DNA of 64,000 nucleotides from a virus (Duplodnaviria; Caudoviricetes): IMG/VR virus record IMGVR_UViG_2706794911_000004, positions 1 to 64,000 of that record; one strand, 5' to 3'. Shown piece by piece: positions 1 to 8,538 of this stretch (position 1 is its first letter; each line of letters starts with the position of its first letter). The notes under the pieces were generated by a model. It saw only the letters and a program-made list of their open reading frames with translations, ran no database searches and was not told where the DNA came from. The position numbers and the translations under genes were made by a program.

Positions 1-279
1 CTATAAAATGATAGCAATAAAACCACTGTTACCATCGTTGATGATCTTCTGCAATGTTTTTTGAAGCTTAATTCTAGTATCTTCTGGCATTACAGTCAAT
101 TTATTTTGCAATTGCTCTTTCACCATATCATGAAGGGATTTTCCAAACATATTCGTTTCCCATATTTTTTCTGGATTTTGTTCAAACTCATCTAGCAGAT
201 ACTTTACCAGCTCTTCACTTTGTTTTTCTGTACCTACTACAGGGGAAACTTCTGTAGAAATATCAGCGCGAATGAAGTG
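1..279 (-). pseudogene. spoIVA: 3' fragment (92 codons) of interrupted host spoIVA, probably restorable by excision
   Basis: HFIRADISTEVSPVVGTEKQSEELVKYLL...IWETNMFGKSLH...KTLQKIINDGNSGFIAIIL matches the conserved SpoIVA C-terminus (B. subtilis ...IGTEKQSEELVRYL...ERIINEGSGGLIAIIL, recalled from memory). Confidence 0.92.
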
Positions 280-1896
280 TTTTATTAGGGACAAACGCAA
301 ATCCTTTCTATGGTAAACTTCCACCGCCGCCCCTGTTTTTAGGGTGATTTCCATTTCAACTTCATTATCGTTCTCACCCTTACTTACAGTTACTCGGTCT
401 AAGAATTTGTCTATTATCTCAGTATCTATTTTTTCAATAAAATCTTCTTTAGACAACATTTTTTCTATATCTGTTAGCTGACTAGCTAGATCAGATGTAG
501 CTTTATTGAGTTTTTCGTATTGCTCAATTTGTTCTTCAAGACTCTCTATAGTTTGGTTGAACTCATCATTTCTCCTTTTAAACTCATTATTTCCGATCAT
601 ATCATTCAAGCTCAGGTCCAGTAGCTTATCTTTACGTTTATTGATCTGATCTACCTGTGCTTTTAGACCTTTTATATCTTTATCGTGGTCTGCATTCTCT
701 ACGTTAGCTCTGTAAACATCCATTAGATAGTCTGCAAATCTAGACTTGTGTCGCAGCACGAAATTTAATATCTGTTTCAGTATAAAGTTTATTTCCTCAG
801 TGTAGATTGTGGGAAGATCACAAGCTTTTTTCCCCCCGTTCCTGTATTCCTTGCATTGCCAGACTTCTTTATCAGGCACGGTCTTATACTTGTATAGGGT
901 TCTCCATAGTGGGTTACCATGTTCCTTACAAAATAACTTACCCGAGTATAGATATTTATTCGTATAGCTTTCTTCTTTCGACATCACCTTACCCCTTTTG
1001 TGCTCCAGTAGTTCGTTAGCTTTGTCCCATACCTCCTCGCTGACAATAGGTGGGGCGGCCTCAGTATCTTTATAAATGATCCAATCATTCTTATCTAGGT
1101 ACTTCCTCTCCCTAGTTAAGAAGTCAACTATCCTTGTACGATTAGCTGTGAAGTATCCCTTGTACCTTGGATTCCTTATTATATAAGAGAGGGTGGAGTA
1201 AGACAAAGGATTGCCATTATTATTAACATAACCTTCTTCTTTTAAAATTTCCCCTATTCTTCTGAACCCAATTTTCCGACAGTACAGTTCAAATATTTTT
1301 CTAATCATTTTAGCCTCATCTTCTATAATACAGAGTTTACTATCAACTAGCTCGTAGCCCCACATTCTAGGGTTAGCATATATCTTACCGTTTTCTGCTG
1401 ATCTTTTCTTCCCCCACTTAACACGTTCACTAATTTTCCTGCTCTCTTCTTGTGCCATCGAGGCCATTATAGTCAAACGCAACTCAGAGTCGGGGAGGAG
1501 TGTATTAATGTTATCACTTTCAAATAATACCCCTACCCCATTTTTAAGTAGTTCCCTAGTGTACTGAATGCTATCCAGTGTGTTCCGAGCAAACCTTGAT
1601 ACTTCTTTAGTTAAGACAAGGTCAAACTTCTTAAGCCTTGCGTCATCTACCATTTTATTAAAAGCATCTCTTTTATCTGTTCTAGTACCAGACAAAGCTT
1701 TATCTACGTAACCATCTACAAAAATCCAATTGTCTTTACCTTTTATAAAGCTCTCGAAGTATTGTACCTGATTTTTAAGAGATTTTAATTGTTCTTCCTC
1801 TTTAGTAGATACTCTGGTATAAAAAGTTACTCTTAAGTTTAGGTCATATATAGATTTTCCTAGCATTAGCTCATTTCTTATCGTGTATAAGTCCAT
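1..1896 (-). CDS. Large serine recombinase (SpoIVCA/SprA-like) fused in frame to the SpoIVA C-terminus
   Basis: YTRVST catalytic motif, KEVSRFARN, recombinase domain, Zn-ribbon (LFCKEHG...WQC...C), coiled coil; last 92 aa are SpoIVA-like. Confidence 0.95.
   Translation of the reverse strand: MDLYTIRNELMLGKSIYDLNLRVTFYTRVSTKEEEQLKSLKNQVQYFESFIKGKDNWIFVDGYVDKALSGTRTDKRDAFNKMVDDARLKKFDLVLTKEVSRFARNTLDSIQYTRELLKNGVGVLFESDNINTLLPDSELRLTIMASMAQEESRKISERVKWGKKRSAENGKIYANPRMWGYELVDSKLCIIEDEAKMIRKIFELYCRKIGFRRIGEILKEEGYVNNNGNPLSYSTLSYIIRNPRYKGYFTANRTRIVDFLTRERKYLDKNDWIIYKDTEAAPPIVSEEVWDKANELLEHKRGKVMSKEESYTNKYLYSGKLFCKEHGNPLWRTLYKYKTVPDKEVWQCKEYRNGGKKACDLPTIYTEEINFILKQILNFVLRHKSRFADYLMDVYRANVENADHDKDIKGLKAQVDQINKRKDKLLDLSLNDMIGNNEFKRRNDEFNQTIESLEEQIEQYEKLNKATSDLASQLTDIEKMLSKEDFIEKIDTEIIDKFLDRVTVSKGENDNEVEMEITLKTGAAVEVYHRKDLRLSLIKHFIRADISTEVSPVVGTEKQSEELVKYLLDEFEQNPEKIWETNMFGKSLHDMVKEQLQNKLTVMPEDTRIKLQKTLQKIINDGNSGFIAIIL
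255..305. other. Prophage attachment junction (att site), crossover near 279-282
   Basis: SpoIVA similarity starts abruptly at the His codon (277-279), where SpoIVA would read APSL-H; upstream is unrelated phage sequence. Confidence 0.75.
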
Positions 1897-1930
1897 ACTG
1901 CTCCCCCCCTATATAAGTTTGTTACCTACG

Positions 1931-1959
1931 ATTATATGATAACTAGTTACTCTTTACAA
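1931..1959 (-). promoter_or_regulatory. SigA-type promoter of the recombinase
   Basis: TTGTAA-17 nt-TATAAT on the minus strand, about 35 nt upstream of the ATG. Confidence 0.7.
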
Positions 1960-1969
1960 GAAGGAAAGG

Positions 1970-2122
1970 TTATAGTTTTTCTAAATCAGCTTTAGCTTTA
2001 GTATAAAGTTCATAGTCAATTATTCCTGCTTCATACGCTCTTTCATTGATTCCAAGCAGTATTTCTTTTTCAATATTTCTATCAGCGACACCTAAAATAG
2101 TCTGCTTCGTAATATTACTCAT
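1970..2122 (-). CDS. 50-aa protein, candidate recombination directionality factor (RDF)
   Basis: ATG at 2122 with RBS AAGGGGGG; SHOCT-like tail GIIDYELYTKAKADL; directly upstream of the serine recombinase. Confidence 0.6.
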   Translation of the reverse strand: MSNITKQTILGVADRNIEKEILLGINERAYEAGIIDYELYTKAKADLEKL

Positions 2123-2143
2123 ATTTCTCGCCCCCCTTGTTAG

Positions 2144-2172
2144 AGTATATGTGTAAATGCTTGTCCTATATG
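2144..2172 (-). promoter_or_regulatory. SigE-type (mother-cell) promoter of the candidate RDF
   Basis: CATA-17 nt-CATATACT fits the SigE consensus ATA-N16-18-CATAcanT. Confidence 0.55.
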
Positions 2173-2173
2173 T

Positions 2174-2202
2174 TATATACTGGACAAGTAAAGAAAAGTT
2201 AA
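2174..2202 (-). promoter_or_regulatory. Phage ECF-type promoter copy 1 (RDF)
   Basis: TTAACTTTT-N10-CCAGTATATA. Confidence 0.75.
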
Positions 2203-2204
2203 GG

Positions 2205-2233
2205 TTGTCTAATTTGGTAAAATAATGTAATAT
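2205..2233 (+). promoter_or_regulatory. Putative SigA promoter of the secreted-protein moron
   Basis: TTGTCT-17-TAATAT upstream of RBS AAAGGAGG. Confidence 0.45.
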
Positions 2234-2255
2234 AAATCTAAAAGGAGGTTTTACC

Positions 2256-2765
2256 ATGAAAAAGCTTTTATCAGTAGTACTTATTATCACTGTTTTATTG
2301 GTGGGGACGGGCACCGTCCTAGCAGAGTCTAAGGATATGTACAAGATTCCGTACAGCAACCCTTATACAGATGGCACGTATACTGTTGACGAGATATCAT
2401 CCTTCTACGACTTAACTAAATATACTTGGCTAAACGAAGAAGGATTAAGATATACAGGTGCTCTAGTAGGCACATTATGGGGAATTTTAGACGTAGTGGG
2501 TGCGTATGACGTTATAACACTAGACAGTGGCTACGCTGTACCTGAAGACTTTGCGGCATACATGGAAAATGCCTTGGCTGACAGGTTAGCTAGCTTAGAG
2601 CAGATAAACCAGTTCGACTCTTTGCCTAGCATTAATAGCATGGTTGCAAGTTATCTTAACCAAGTCTCATCTTATGCAACTACTGAGGACACCTTTGACA
2701 TGTATGGACATACGCTTGATTTAATATCAGATATCTATGAAGGAATAGAAAGACTAAAACCTTAA
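2256..2765 (+). CDS. Secreted acidic hypothetical protein (moron)
   Basis: Sec signal peptide MKKLLSVVLIITVLLVGTGTVLA, strong RBS, opposite strand to phage genes. Confidence 0.8.
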   Translation: MKKLLSVVLIITVLLVGTGTVLAESKDMYKIPYSNPYTDGTYTVDEISSFYDLTKYTWLNEEGLRYTGALVGTLWGILDVVGAYDVITLDSGYAVPEDFAAYMENALADRLASLEQINQFDSLPSINSMVASYLNQVSSYATTEDTFDMYGHTLDLISDIYEGIERLKP

Positions 2766-2769
2766 GGTT

Positions 2770-3513
2770 TTAGTCTTCGTTTACATAATCTATATCTTTA
2801 AGCATTTCGGCTACTTTTTTCATAATCCTACTAACCCTCATCTGAGATACTCCTGTACTTTTGGCTGTCTGGGTCTGGTTACAGTCTTTCAGCATATGCT
2901 CTATTATTTCCATTTCTTTCTCTGTTACTTTATCTCTAACCATGTCTAGTATACTATCTACATACAACTTGCCTACTACACCATCTTCTATCTCCCCGCC
3001 CGTCTCATCCTGTAACATCGCACGGCATCCATCTTCTAAGCACACAGAGATTGGTGTCACATGGCGACCTATGGTTAGTGCCTTAGTTATGCTACTCTCA
3101 GTCTCACCTAGTATATAGGCTAAGTCTTCAACCGAAGGTAAATAGCCCATCTCTTCTTGTAACTGACTGATTCTAAGTAATAACTTGCTGGCACTTCTTG
3201 TAGGACGGATTATACTGCCCTTATCTCTTAAAAACCGCTTTACTTCTCTAGATATTACAATAGCTGCATAGGTCGAAAATTTAAAACCTCTGTTAACATC
3301 AAAGGCTCTTATAGCCTTGATAAAAGCTAGCCTTCCTTGCTGCAATAAGTCGTCTTTCTCTATATGATTTTGCTCTAGTATATCCTCTGGTGATGCTATA
3401 TACTTTCGGATAGCGAACCATATTAACTTCTCGTTTTGGCATATCACTTCCCCCATGTAGTGGGAGTCGTTCTTACATCTGATAATATTTTCAGTTTTGT
3501 AGAGTGAGTACAT
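2770..3513 (-). CDS. Sigma-70 family factor, SigF/SigG/SigB-like
   Basis: DDLLQQGRLAFIKAIRAFDVNRGFKFSTYA, FLRDKGSIIRPTR, QTQTAKSTGVSQMRVSRI. Confidence 0.9.
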   Translation of the reverse strand: MYSLYKTENIIRCKNDSHYMGEVICQNEKLIWFAIRKYIASPEDILEQNHIEKDDLLQQGRLAFIKAIRAFDVNRGFKFSTYAAIVISREVKRFLRDKGSIIRPTRSASKLLLRISQLQEEMGYLPSVEDLAYILGETESSITKALTIGRHVTPISVCLEDGCRAMLQDETGGEIEDGVVGKLYVDSILDMVRDKVTEKEMEIIEHMLKDCNQTQTAKSTGVSQMRVSRIMKKVAEMLKDIDYVNED

Positions 3514-3518
3514 GATAT

Positions 3519-3545
3519 GAAAGAAACTCGTCTAAACAGACGAGC
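3519..3545 (-). terminator. Intrinsic terminator-like hairpin between HU and the sigma gene
   Basis: CTCGTCT-GTTT-AGACGAG followed by TTTCTTTC on the minus strand. Confidence 0.55.
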
Positions 3546-3837
3546 CTATTCCTTTCACCTTGCGTTTTGTGGAAGCTGACATGCTTGCAACAACAGTCTT
3601 AGTAGAGGGTATTGTCATCGGTTTACCAGTACTGGGGTTCCTACCCTCTTTAGCTTTTCTCTCTCTAATCTTGAAATTGAAAAACTCTGGAAACATTACG
3701 TCGTTACCATTCTCTAGACAAGAAGTTACTACACTCGCCACTTCCTTGAGTCTTCTCATAGCTTCCGCCTCTGATATGCCATATTTTTCAGCGTATAGCT
3801 TTTTTAGACCTTCTGAATGTATCTTCAATTTAACCAC
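3532..3837 (-). CDS. HU/IHF family DNA-binding protein
   Basis: FFNFKIRERKAKEGRNPSTGKPMTIPSTK motif. Confidence 0.9.
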   Translation of the reverse strand: MVKLKIHSEGLKKLYAEKYGISEAEAMRRLKEVASVVTSCLENGNDVMFPEFFNFKIRERKAKEGRNPSTGKPMTIPSTKTVVASMSASTKRKVKGIGSSV

Positions 3838-3867
3838 TCCTCACATATATAGGATAGACCACAAACC

Positions 3868-4449
3868 TTATTCTGTAACATACAACTCTATAAAATTTAC
3901 AATGGACTCATTGAGTTGCTCTGGTGAAGCCTTCGAAGCGTCTAATAAAAATGTGCTATCGTTTGAAAAGAGTTTGTAAGCTTTTCTTACTCTGTTAGTA
4001 TACTCGAAGTCTCTCTCTAGCCTGTCTGCATCCTTGCTTCTCTGTATATACACATGTAGTGGCAGGTCCAGCACAAAGGTTACGTCAGGACTTGTCAATC
4101 CTTTTTGTAAGTCTGCCAGAAGCTGTGTGTCAATGCCCTTTCCTGTCATATAAGCTAGGTTAGACAGTGTGAACCTGTCGAGTATCAAGTAGTCTAGCTC
4201 CTTTTCATATTCCTCAAGCTCCTTTATAAAGTCGTACCTGTCTGCCTCATAAAGTAGGTGGGCGGCATTATCCGTTAAATCTACCTCCCCCGCCAACCAT
4301 TGTTTAATTAGTGCGCCCACGGGTGTCTCATACCTGGGAAAGTGTACTACCTTTACTTTCTTACCTGTCCCTCTAAGATGCTCTTCAAGGAGAGCACATT
4401 GAGTACTCTTCCCTGAAAAGTCTATTCCTTCGATGCAAACTGTTATCAT
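3868..4449 (-). CDS. tmk: Thymidylate kinase
   Basis: IEGIDFSGKST P-loop, HFPRY, LILDRF. Confidence 0.92.
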   Translation of the reverse strand: MITVCIEGIDFSGKSTQCALLEEHLRGTGKKVKVVHFPRYETPVGALIKQWLAGEVDLTDNAAHLLYEADRYDFIKELEEYEKELDYLILDRFTLSNLAYMTGKGIDTQLLADLQKGLTSPDVTFVLDLPLHVYIQRSKDADRLERDFEYTNRVRKAYKLFSNDSTFLLDASKASPEQLNESIVNFIELYVTE

Positions 4450-4970
4450 TTAATCTCCTCCGCATTATTGAAGGTAGTCCCAAAACCCCCACGGTTTTTA
4501 TTTTCTAGTTCGTCTACCTCCACAGGTACTACTGGTAGTGTAGGTAAGAATACTATCTGACAGATTTTATCGCCATTCTTTATAGTGACAGGCTTATCTG
4601 TCATATTCTGCAGTTCTGCTGTATACTCATCGTCACTACCACGGAATAGTGGGTCTCCAATTCCTACTCCATTTGTCAACCTGACCCCCCACTTCCTAAA
4701 AGTGGAAGATCTTTGACACAAGAAACCTACTCCCCCATAAGGTACTTCTATCGCCACGTTAAGAGGAACCTTACCTGATTCCATAGGCTGCAGAACCAGA
4801 GGCTCTTTCAGTCTAGCAAACACATCATACCCTGCATTACCATCTTCCTTGCTGAGGGGAGGGAAGCTCTTGTCGAACCTCTTATACCTCATCTCACAAG
4901 CTTTGCTACCCCTTTCTAGCTGATTTAGCTTAGCTTGCATAAGTCCTGCTATATCTGCTGTTTCTCTCAT
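4446..4970 (-). CDS. dut: Trimeric dUTPase
   Basis: AGYDV, QRSS, GDKICQIV, RGGFGT motifs. Confidence 0.88.
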   Translation of the reverse strand: MRETADIAGLMQAKLNQLERGSKACEMRYKRFDKSFPPLSKEDGNAGYDVFARLKEPLVLQPMESGKVPLNVAIEVPYGGVGFLCQRSSTFRKWGVRLTNGVGIGDPLFRGSDDEYTAELQNMTDKPVTIKNGDKICQIVFLPTLPVVPVEVDELENKNRGGFGTTFNNAEEIK

Positions 4971-5348
4971 CTAAAAGTCCTCCCCAGGTTTCAGTAACTT
5001 TGGCTTCTCCATAATTTGGCTTGCTTGGTGTTCCGCCACCATTTCTGCAAATTTTTCTTCGGTAATTTTTTTGACTTCACAGTCCTCGGACAGTTGGTAT
5101 CTCATACCATCACATAGAAGTACGGCGAAAGATTCCATGGGTTCTTCTAAGAACTCCTGTGTCATATGGTCATAGATAACGTGTGCTACTTCATAGCCAG
5201 CAACCCGCCCCGCAAACCAACAATTCAGTTCTACCTCTCCATCCACAGGGTCATTCACTTTAAACACGTTAGTTGGGACACTTATAAAATTTCCTAAAAG
5301 CCCACTGATTAACCCCTCTGTTAACTCTTGTTCTTTTGTTTTTACCAA
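4971..5348 (-). CDS. Hypothetical phage protein
   Basis: ORF with RBS, first gene after phage promoter copy 2. Confidence 0.7.
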   Translation of the reverse strand: MVKTKEQELTEGLISGLLGNFISVPTNVFKVNDPVDGEVELNCWFAGRVAGYEVAHVIYDHMTQEFLEEPMESFAVLLCDGMRYQLSEDCEVKKITEEKFAEMVAEHQASQIMEKPKLLKPGEDF

Positions 5349-5372
5349 GCTACATCACTCCCTCTCTATTAT

Positions 5373-5401
5373 TACTTACCGGACAAAACCTAAAAAGTTA
5401 A
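5373..5401 (-). promoter_or_regulatory. Phage ECF-type promoter copy 2
   Basis: TTAACTTTT-N10-CCGGTAAGTA. Confidence 0.8.
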
Positions 5402-5408
5402 GTGTTAC

Positions 5409-7448
5409 TTATCGAATAGGGCATAAACCGCTCTCGCAACTGTCCGTACCTACGTCTATCTCTGTTTCCTCCTGCTCATATTTGCTGATTAGACCAGGAT
5501 CAAACGACTTCATTTCACCCGCTCGCTTAGTAAACTCTTCTTCACCTATAGCCTCGTAAGGCATAAGGTCATATACATGATCCCCATCTGACAACAGTGT
5601 GATAGCTACTATGGAATCCCAATTATCCCATATCCAGTCTTCTACTGCCCCCCACTCGTCATCTTTAACTGTAACAGTTATGCTGCAGTTATGATTTACG
5701 TAGTTATCCATGAACAGTTTATAGTTCTCCAACTGCTCTATAGCAGACACATCAGCTTTTGTTTTTCCCTCTGGGGCTTTCACTGGGAACTCCACAACTT
5801 TAGTAGAACAATTTTCTGGGTCCTGCCCCACCTCTGGAAATACAGGATAACCTAACTCTTCGCACACTTTCAACAGTGGGTCATGTGCACTAATTCTAAC
5901 ACGTCTAATATAGTACGGAGAATGAGAATAGTGCACGCCACTAGATACAGTGGGTAACTGACTAAGTGAACCTTCTGGTTTTTCCGTAGTTACTAGAATA
6001 GGTGTACTAACCCCAAGTTCCTCAGCATACTCCCTTGCCTCATCTTCTGCAGTTACTCTCAATATATTTAAAAGCTTGACTTCTAGTTCCTTGCACATGT
6101 CCATTGCGTTAACCGTATCCTGCCACCCTGTTAAGGAACAACCTAGTAGCCTATCTCTGTGCTGGACTGTATTCCATTTAGGTAGTTCTAGCTCTACCGT
6201 CGACATCCTTAGCCCCGCCCGAGCGGACAACATCTGGGCTGCTACTAAGCTAAGCAAATCTAAACCTCCGTCTGGAGTAACAAATGCATGAACATTAACG
6301 GTTGTAAGGTTACACATTCCACGAGAATCCAGTAAAATTTCCCCACAGGGGTTCGGTAGCTTGAAGTTCGGATTCCTCTTTAAAGCGGCTTCCTCATTCA
6401 TCCACCCTGGTTCTCCTGTGTATCTTACTTGCTCTAAGTGTTTCTTTAACTGCTCTCTAGTAGGCTTGCTCCTATATAGAATAGAGTTATTACTCATCTG
6501 GCGGTGGGATAAGTCTGTATTTATCTCCCACTTGCCATCTACCCCACTATATAAATTAGCCTTAGCTTCCATACAGTCTTTATCATTAACATCTATAATA
6601 GCTATTTCAGAACTTCTTCGGACCCCGCCCACCACTACGTTTTCCGCTATAATATTAGCAATGTCTAAACAATCTATGGGCTCTAACTTCTCACCTGTTC
6701 CTTTTGACATTAACACGTTAACAAGTTTCTCAAACATAATTTTCAATGATTCATGACCAGATGCCCGCCCACCAAAGGTTTTTAACTTCTCACCTTTTGG
6801 TCTTACGCTATTGTAATTTATAGTTACAGTTTTGATCTCTCTATAATCGTTTCTCCAAAACATCTGTAAAAGGTAATCTAGTGCCTGTACCCATCCATCC
6901 TTGCTGTCCCCTACGGCAATCCAAACATGGCTACTATCAAAGCCAGAGTTTAAGGAAGTGTGTTCATCTCTAAAATATTTAGACATAGGCTCATAAGGAA
7001 TGTGCTCGACATTTGGATGATTCAGTATCTTAGGTAGCTTAGCTACATCCTCAGGTAACAATCTAACTCCTACACCAGCTCCCACCATTAACAGATAAAA
7101 AATATCCCTAAAAGCCTCGAACTCATCCACGACTGTTGCACAACAGTTGAAATTGCTAGTGGGATACTTATCAGTGACAGGTGTCTGCCCGACCCAAAAA
7201 GTTCTCCCTGACAGAAACTGTCTTAGATGGAATATATTGTCGTATAATCTCTCTGCTTCTTCCACTGGAGTGGGGGCTAGGCTACAGTTGTACTCCACTG
7301 CTCTTCTGACAGTCTCCCACCAGTATTCTCTCCTCCCCTCACTACTCAACCAACGTGAGTAAGTCCTGTAATAAACAAAGCTACCTAACTCTGTCATTGG
7401 TGGTTGAATGTGTTTATATTTCTCCAAAAACTTGTCTGATAATAACAT
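5409..7448 (-). CDS. nrdJ: Class II (adenosylcobalamin-dependent) ribonucleoside-triphosphate reductase
   Basis: VYYRTYSR, NFNC, VVVGGVRRSSEI, NPCGEI, CNL, C-terminal CESGLCPIR; no nrdB nearby. Confidence 0.92.
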   Translation of the reverse strand: MLLSDKFLEKYKHIQPPMTELGSFVYYRTYSRWLSSEGRREYWWETVRRAVEYNCSLAPTPVEEAERLYDNIFHLRQFLSGRTFWVGQTPVTDKYPTSNFNCCATVVDEFEAFRDIFYLLMVGAGVGVRLLPEDVAKLPKILNHPNVEHIPYEPMSKYFRDEHTSLNSGFDSSHVWIAVGDSKDGWVQALDYLLQMFWRNDYREIKTVTINYNSVRPKGEKLKTFGGRASGHESLKIMFEKLVNVLMSKGTGEKLEPIDCLDIANIIAENVVVGGVRRSSEIAIIDVNDKDCMEAKANLYSGVDGKWEINTDLSHRQMSNNSILYRSKPTREQLKKHLEQVRYTGEPGWMNEEAALKRNPNFKLPNPCGEILLDSRGMCNLTTVNVHAFVTPDGGLDLLSLVAAQMLSARAGLRMSTVELELPKWNTVQHRDRLLGCSLTGWQDTVNAMDMCKELEVKLLNILRVTAEDEAREYAEELGVSTPILVTTEKPEGSLSQLPTVSSGVHYSHSPYYIRRVRISAHDPLLKVCEELGYPVFPEVGQDPENCSTKVVEFPVKAPEGKTKADVSAIEQLENYKLFMDNYVNHNCSITVTVKDDEWGAVEDWIWDNWDSIVAITLLSDGDHVYDLMPYEAIGEEEFTKRAGEMKSFDPGLISKYEQEETEIDVGTDSCESGLCPIR

Positions 7449-7461
7449 GTATTGCCTCCCT

Positions 7462-7818
7462 CTAGAATATATTCTTGATGTGGTCTAGAGCTTCATGTAA
7501 AAAAGTGAATGACCTGCATAAAAGCTCACACAACATAATGCTGTCCACATGGTTTCCCACCCCATATATGGGGGTATTATTAGTATAGAGCAGGTATATC
7601 AATATTGCCTCGTCGAGAGGTAAAGTTTCTTTACAAAGATTTACTACTACGTAGTCAGGCACTTCCACGGCTCTCCGCATCTCGGATAGATTTTCCCGCC
7701 CGTTCCTATCACTGTCCTCTCTGTACATATAAATAGAAAAGGGGTACAGCTTGCTATCAAACTTTAGGTCCTCACTGAAACCTATAAGCAACACATTACC
7801 CATCCGCCTCACCTCCAT
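7462..7818 (-). CDS. Hypothetical protein, possibly nucleoside deoxyribosyltransferase-like fold
   Basis: ORF in operon next to RNR; weak pattern DYVVVNL...PIYGV...EALDHI. Confidence 0.45.
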   Translation of the reverse strand: MEVRRMGNVLLIGFSEDLKFDSKLYPFSIYMYREDSDRNGRENLSEMRRAVEVPDYVVVNLCKETLPLDEAILIYLLYTNNTPIYGVGNHVDSIMLCELLCRSFTFLHEALDHIKNIF

Positions 7819-8143
7819 GTAATTTCTCTACCATTGTGTAGAAATCTCTATCCCTCAACACCATATAATCTGTACCATCCCCAAAAGAGAAAGCAAGGGC
7901 GGGGGTCTTGTTTGTCTCAAAAGCCTCCACCGCAATTTTATCTAGCCACTCTCTTTTTATAGTAATGGATTTAGAGTCTTTAACCTTGGTCTTAGCCTCC
8001 ACCCTAAAATGTTCAGAAACTACGTCAGACTTACAGTAGTACTGGTTGCCAGACCCGGGAGTCGTTCTAGCATCTTCTTTAATCTGTTTTAGGCTTCTTG
8101 TTATTCGCTTTTCCTGTCGCTGTGATGACCTTCTTACATCCAT
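7796..8143 (-). CDS. PD-(D/E)XK nuclease, Holliday junction resolvase-like
   Basis: QEKRI...PGSGN...SDV...RVEAK motif. Confidence 0.65.
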   Translation of the reverse strand: MDVRRSSQRQEKRITRSLKQIKEDARTTPGSGNQYYCKSDVVSEHFRVEAKTKVKDSKSITIKREWLDKIAVEAFETNKTPALAFSFGDGTDYMVLRDRDFYTMVEKLHGGEADG

Positions 8144-8307
8144 CGACTGTCACCTCCACTGGCTCGTCAAATTCATATACTAGCTTCCCATTCTTATCTA
8201 AAACCCTCATTTGGTAAGCAGATATCTTTCTCATGTTGCTACCGCACTTCTTCATACACACTGCCCTCCCCTAACCCTCAGGTCTTATAATATTTGAAAG
8301 CAAAACT

Positions 8308-8538
8308 TTAATGATTAGGCACTCCATACATATCAGGTGTATTTTCTTCTTCCCATTTTGTACCATACTTTTTATTTTTATATATCCCAGAATCACAGGT
8401 GTAATTAGAGTCAGTCATCGACCTTGTTAAATGACAATTTCCAGAAATCTTGTCTATTTTTTCGTAATATTCGCAATCAATACATTTGGGCACTATATGA
8501 CCCTCCTTCGCATAATCACCATTTTTTCCATCCCACAC
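8308..8538 (-). CDS. Small Cys-rich hypothetical protein
   Basis: CIDC...C...C pattern, coupled to the recA stop. Confidence 0.55.
   Translation of the reverse strand: MWDGKNGDYAKEGHIVPKCIDCEYYEKIDKISGNCHLTRSMTDSNYTCDSGIYKNKKYGTKWEEENTPDMYGVPNH

Noticed and set aside
1970-2359. 129-aa ORF as given in the track
   Set aside because: The upstream part overlaps promoters and the opposite-strand gene; the RBS supports a start at 2122 only
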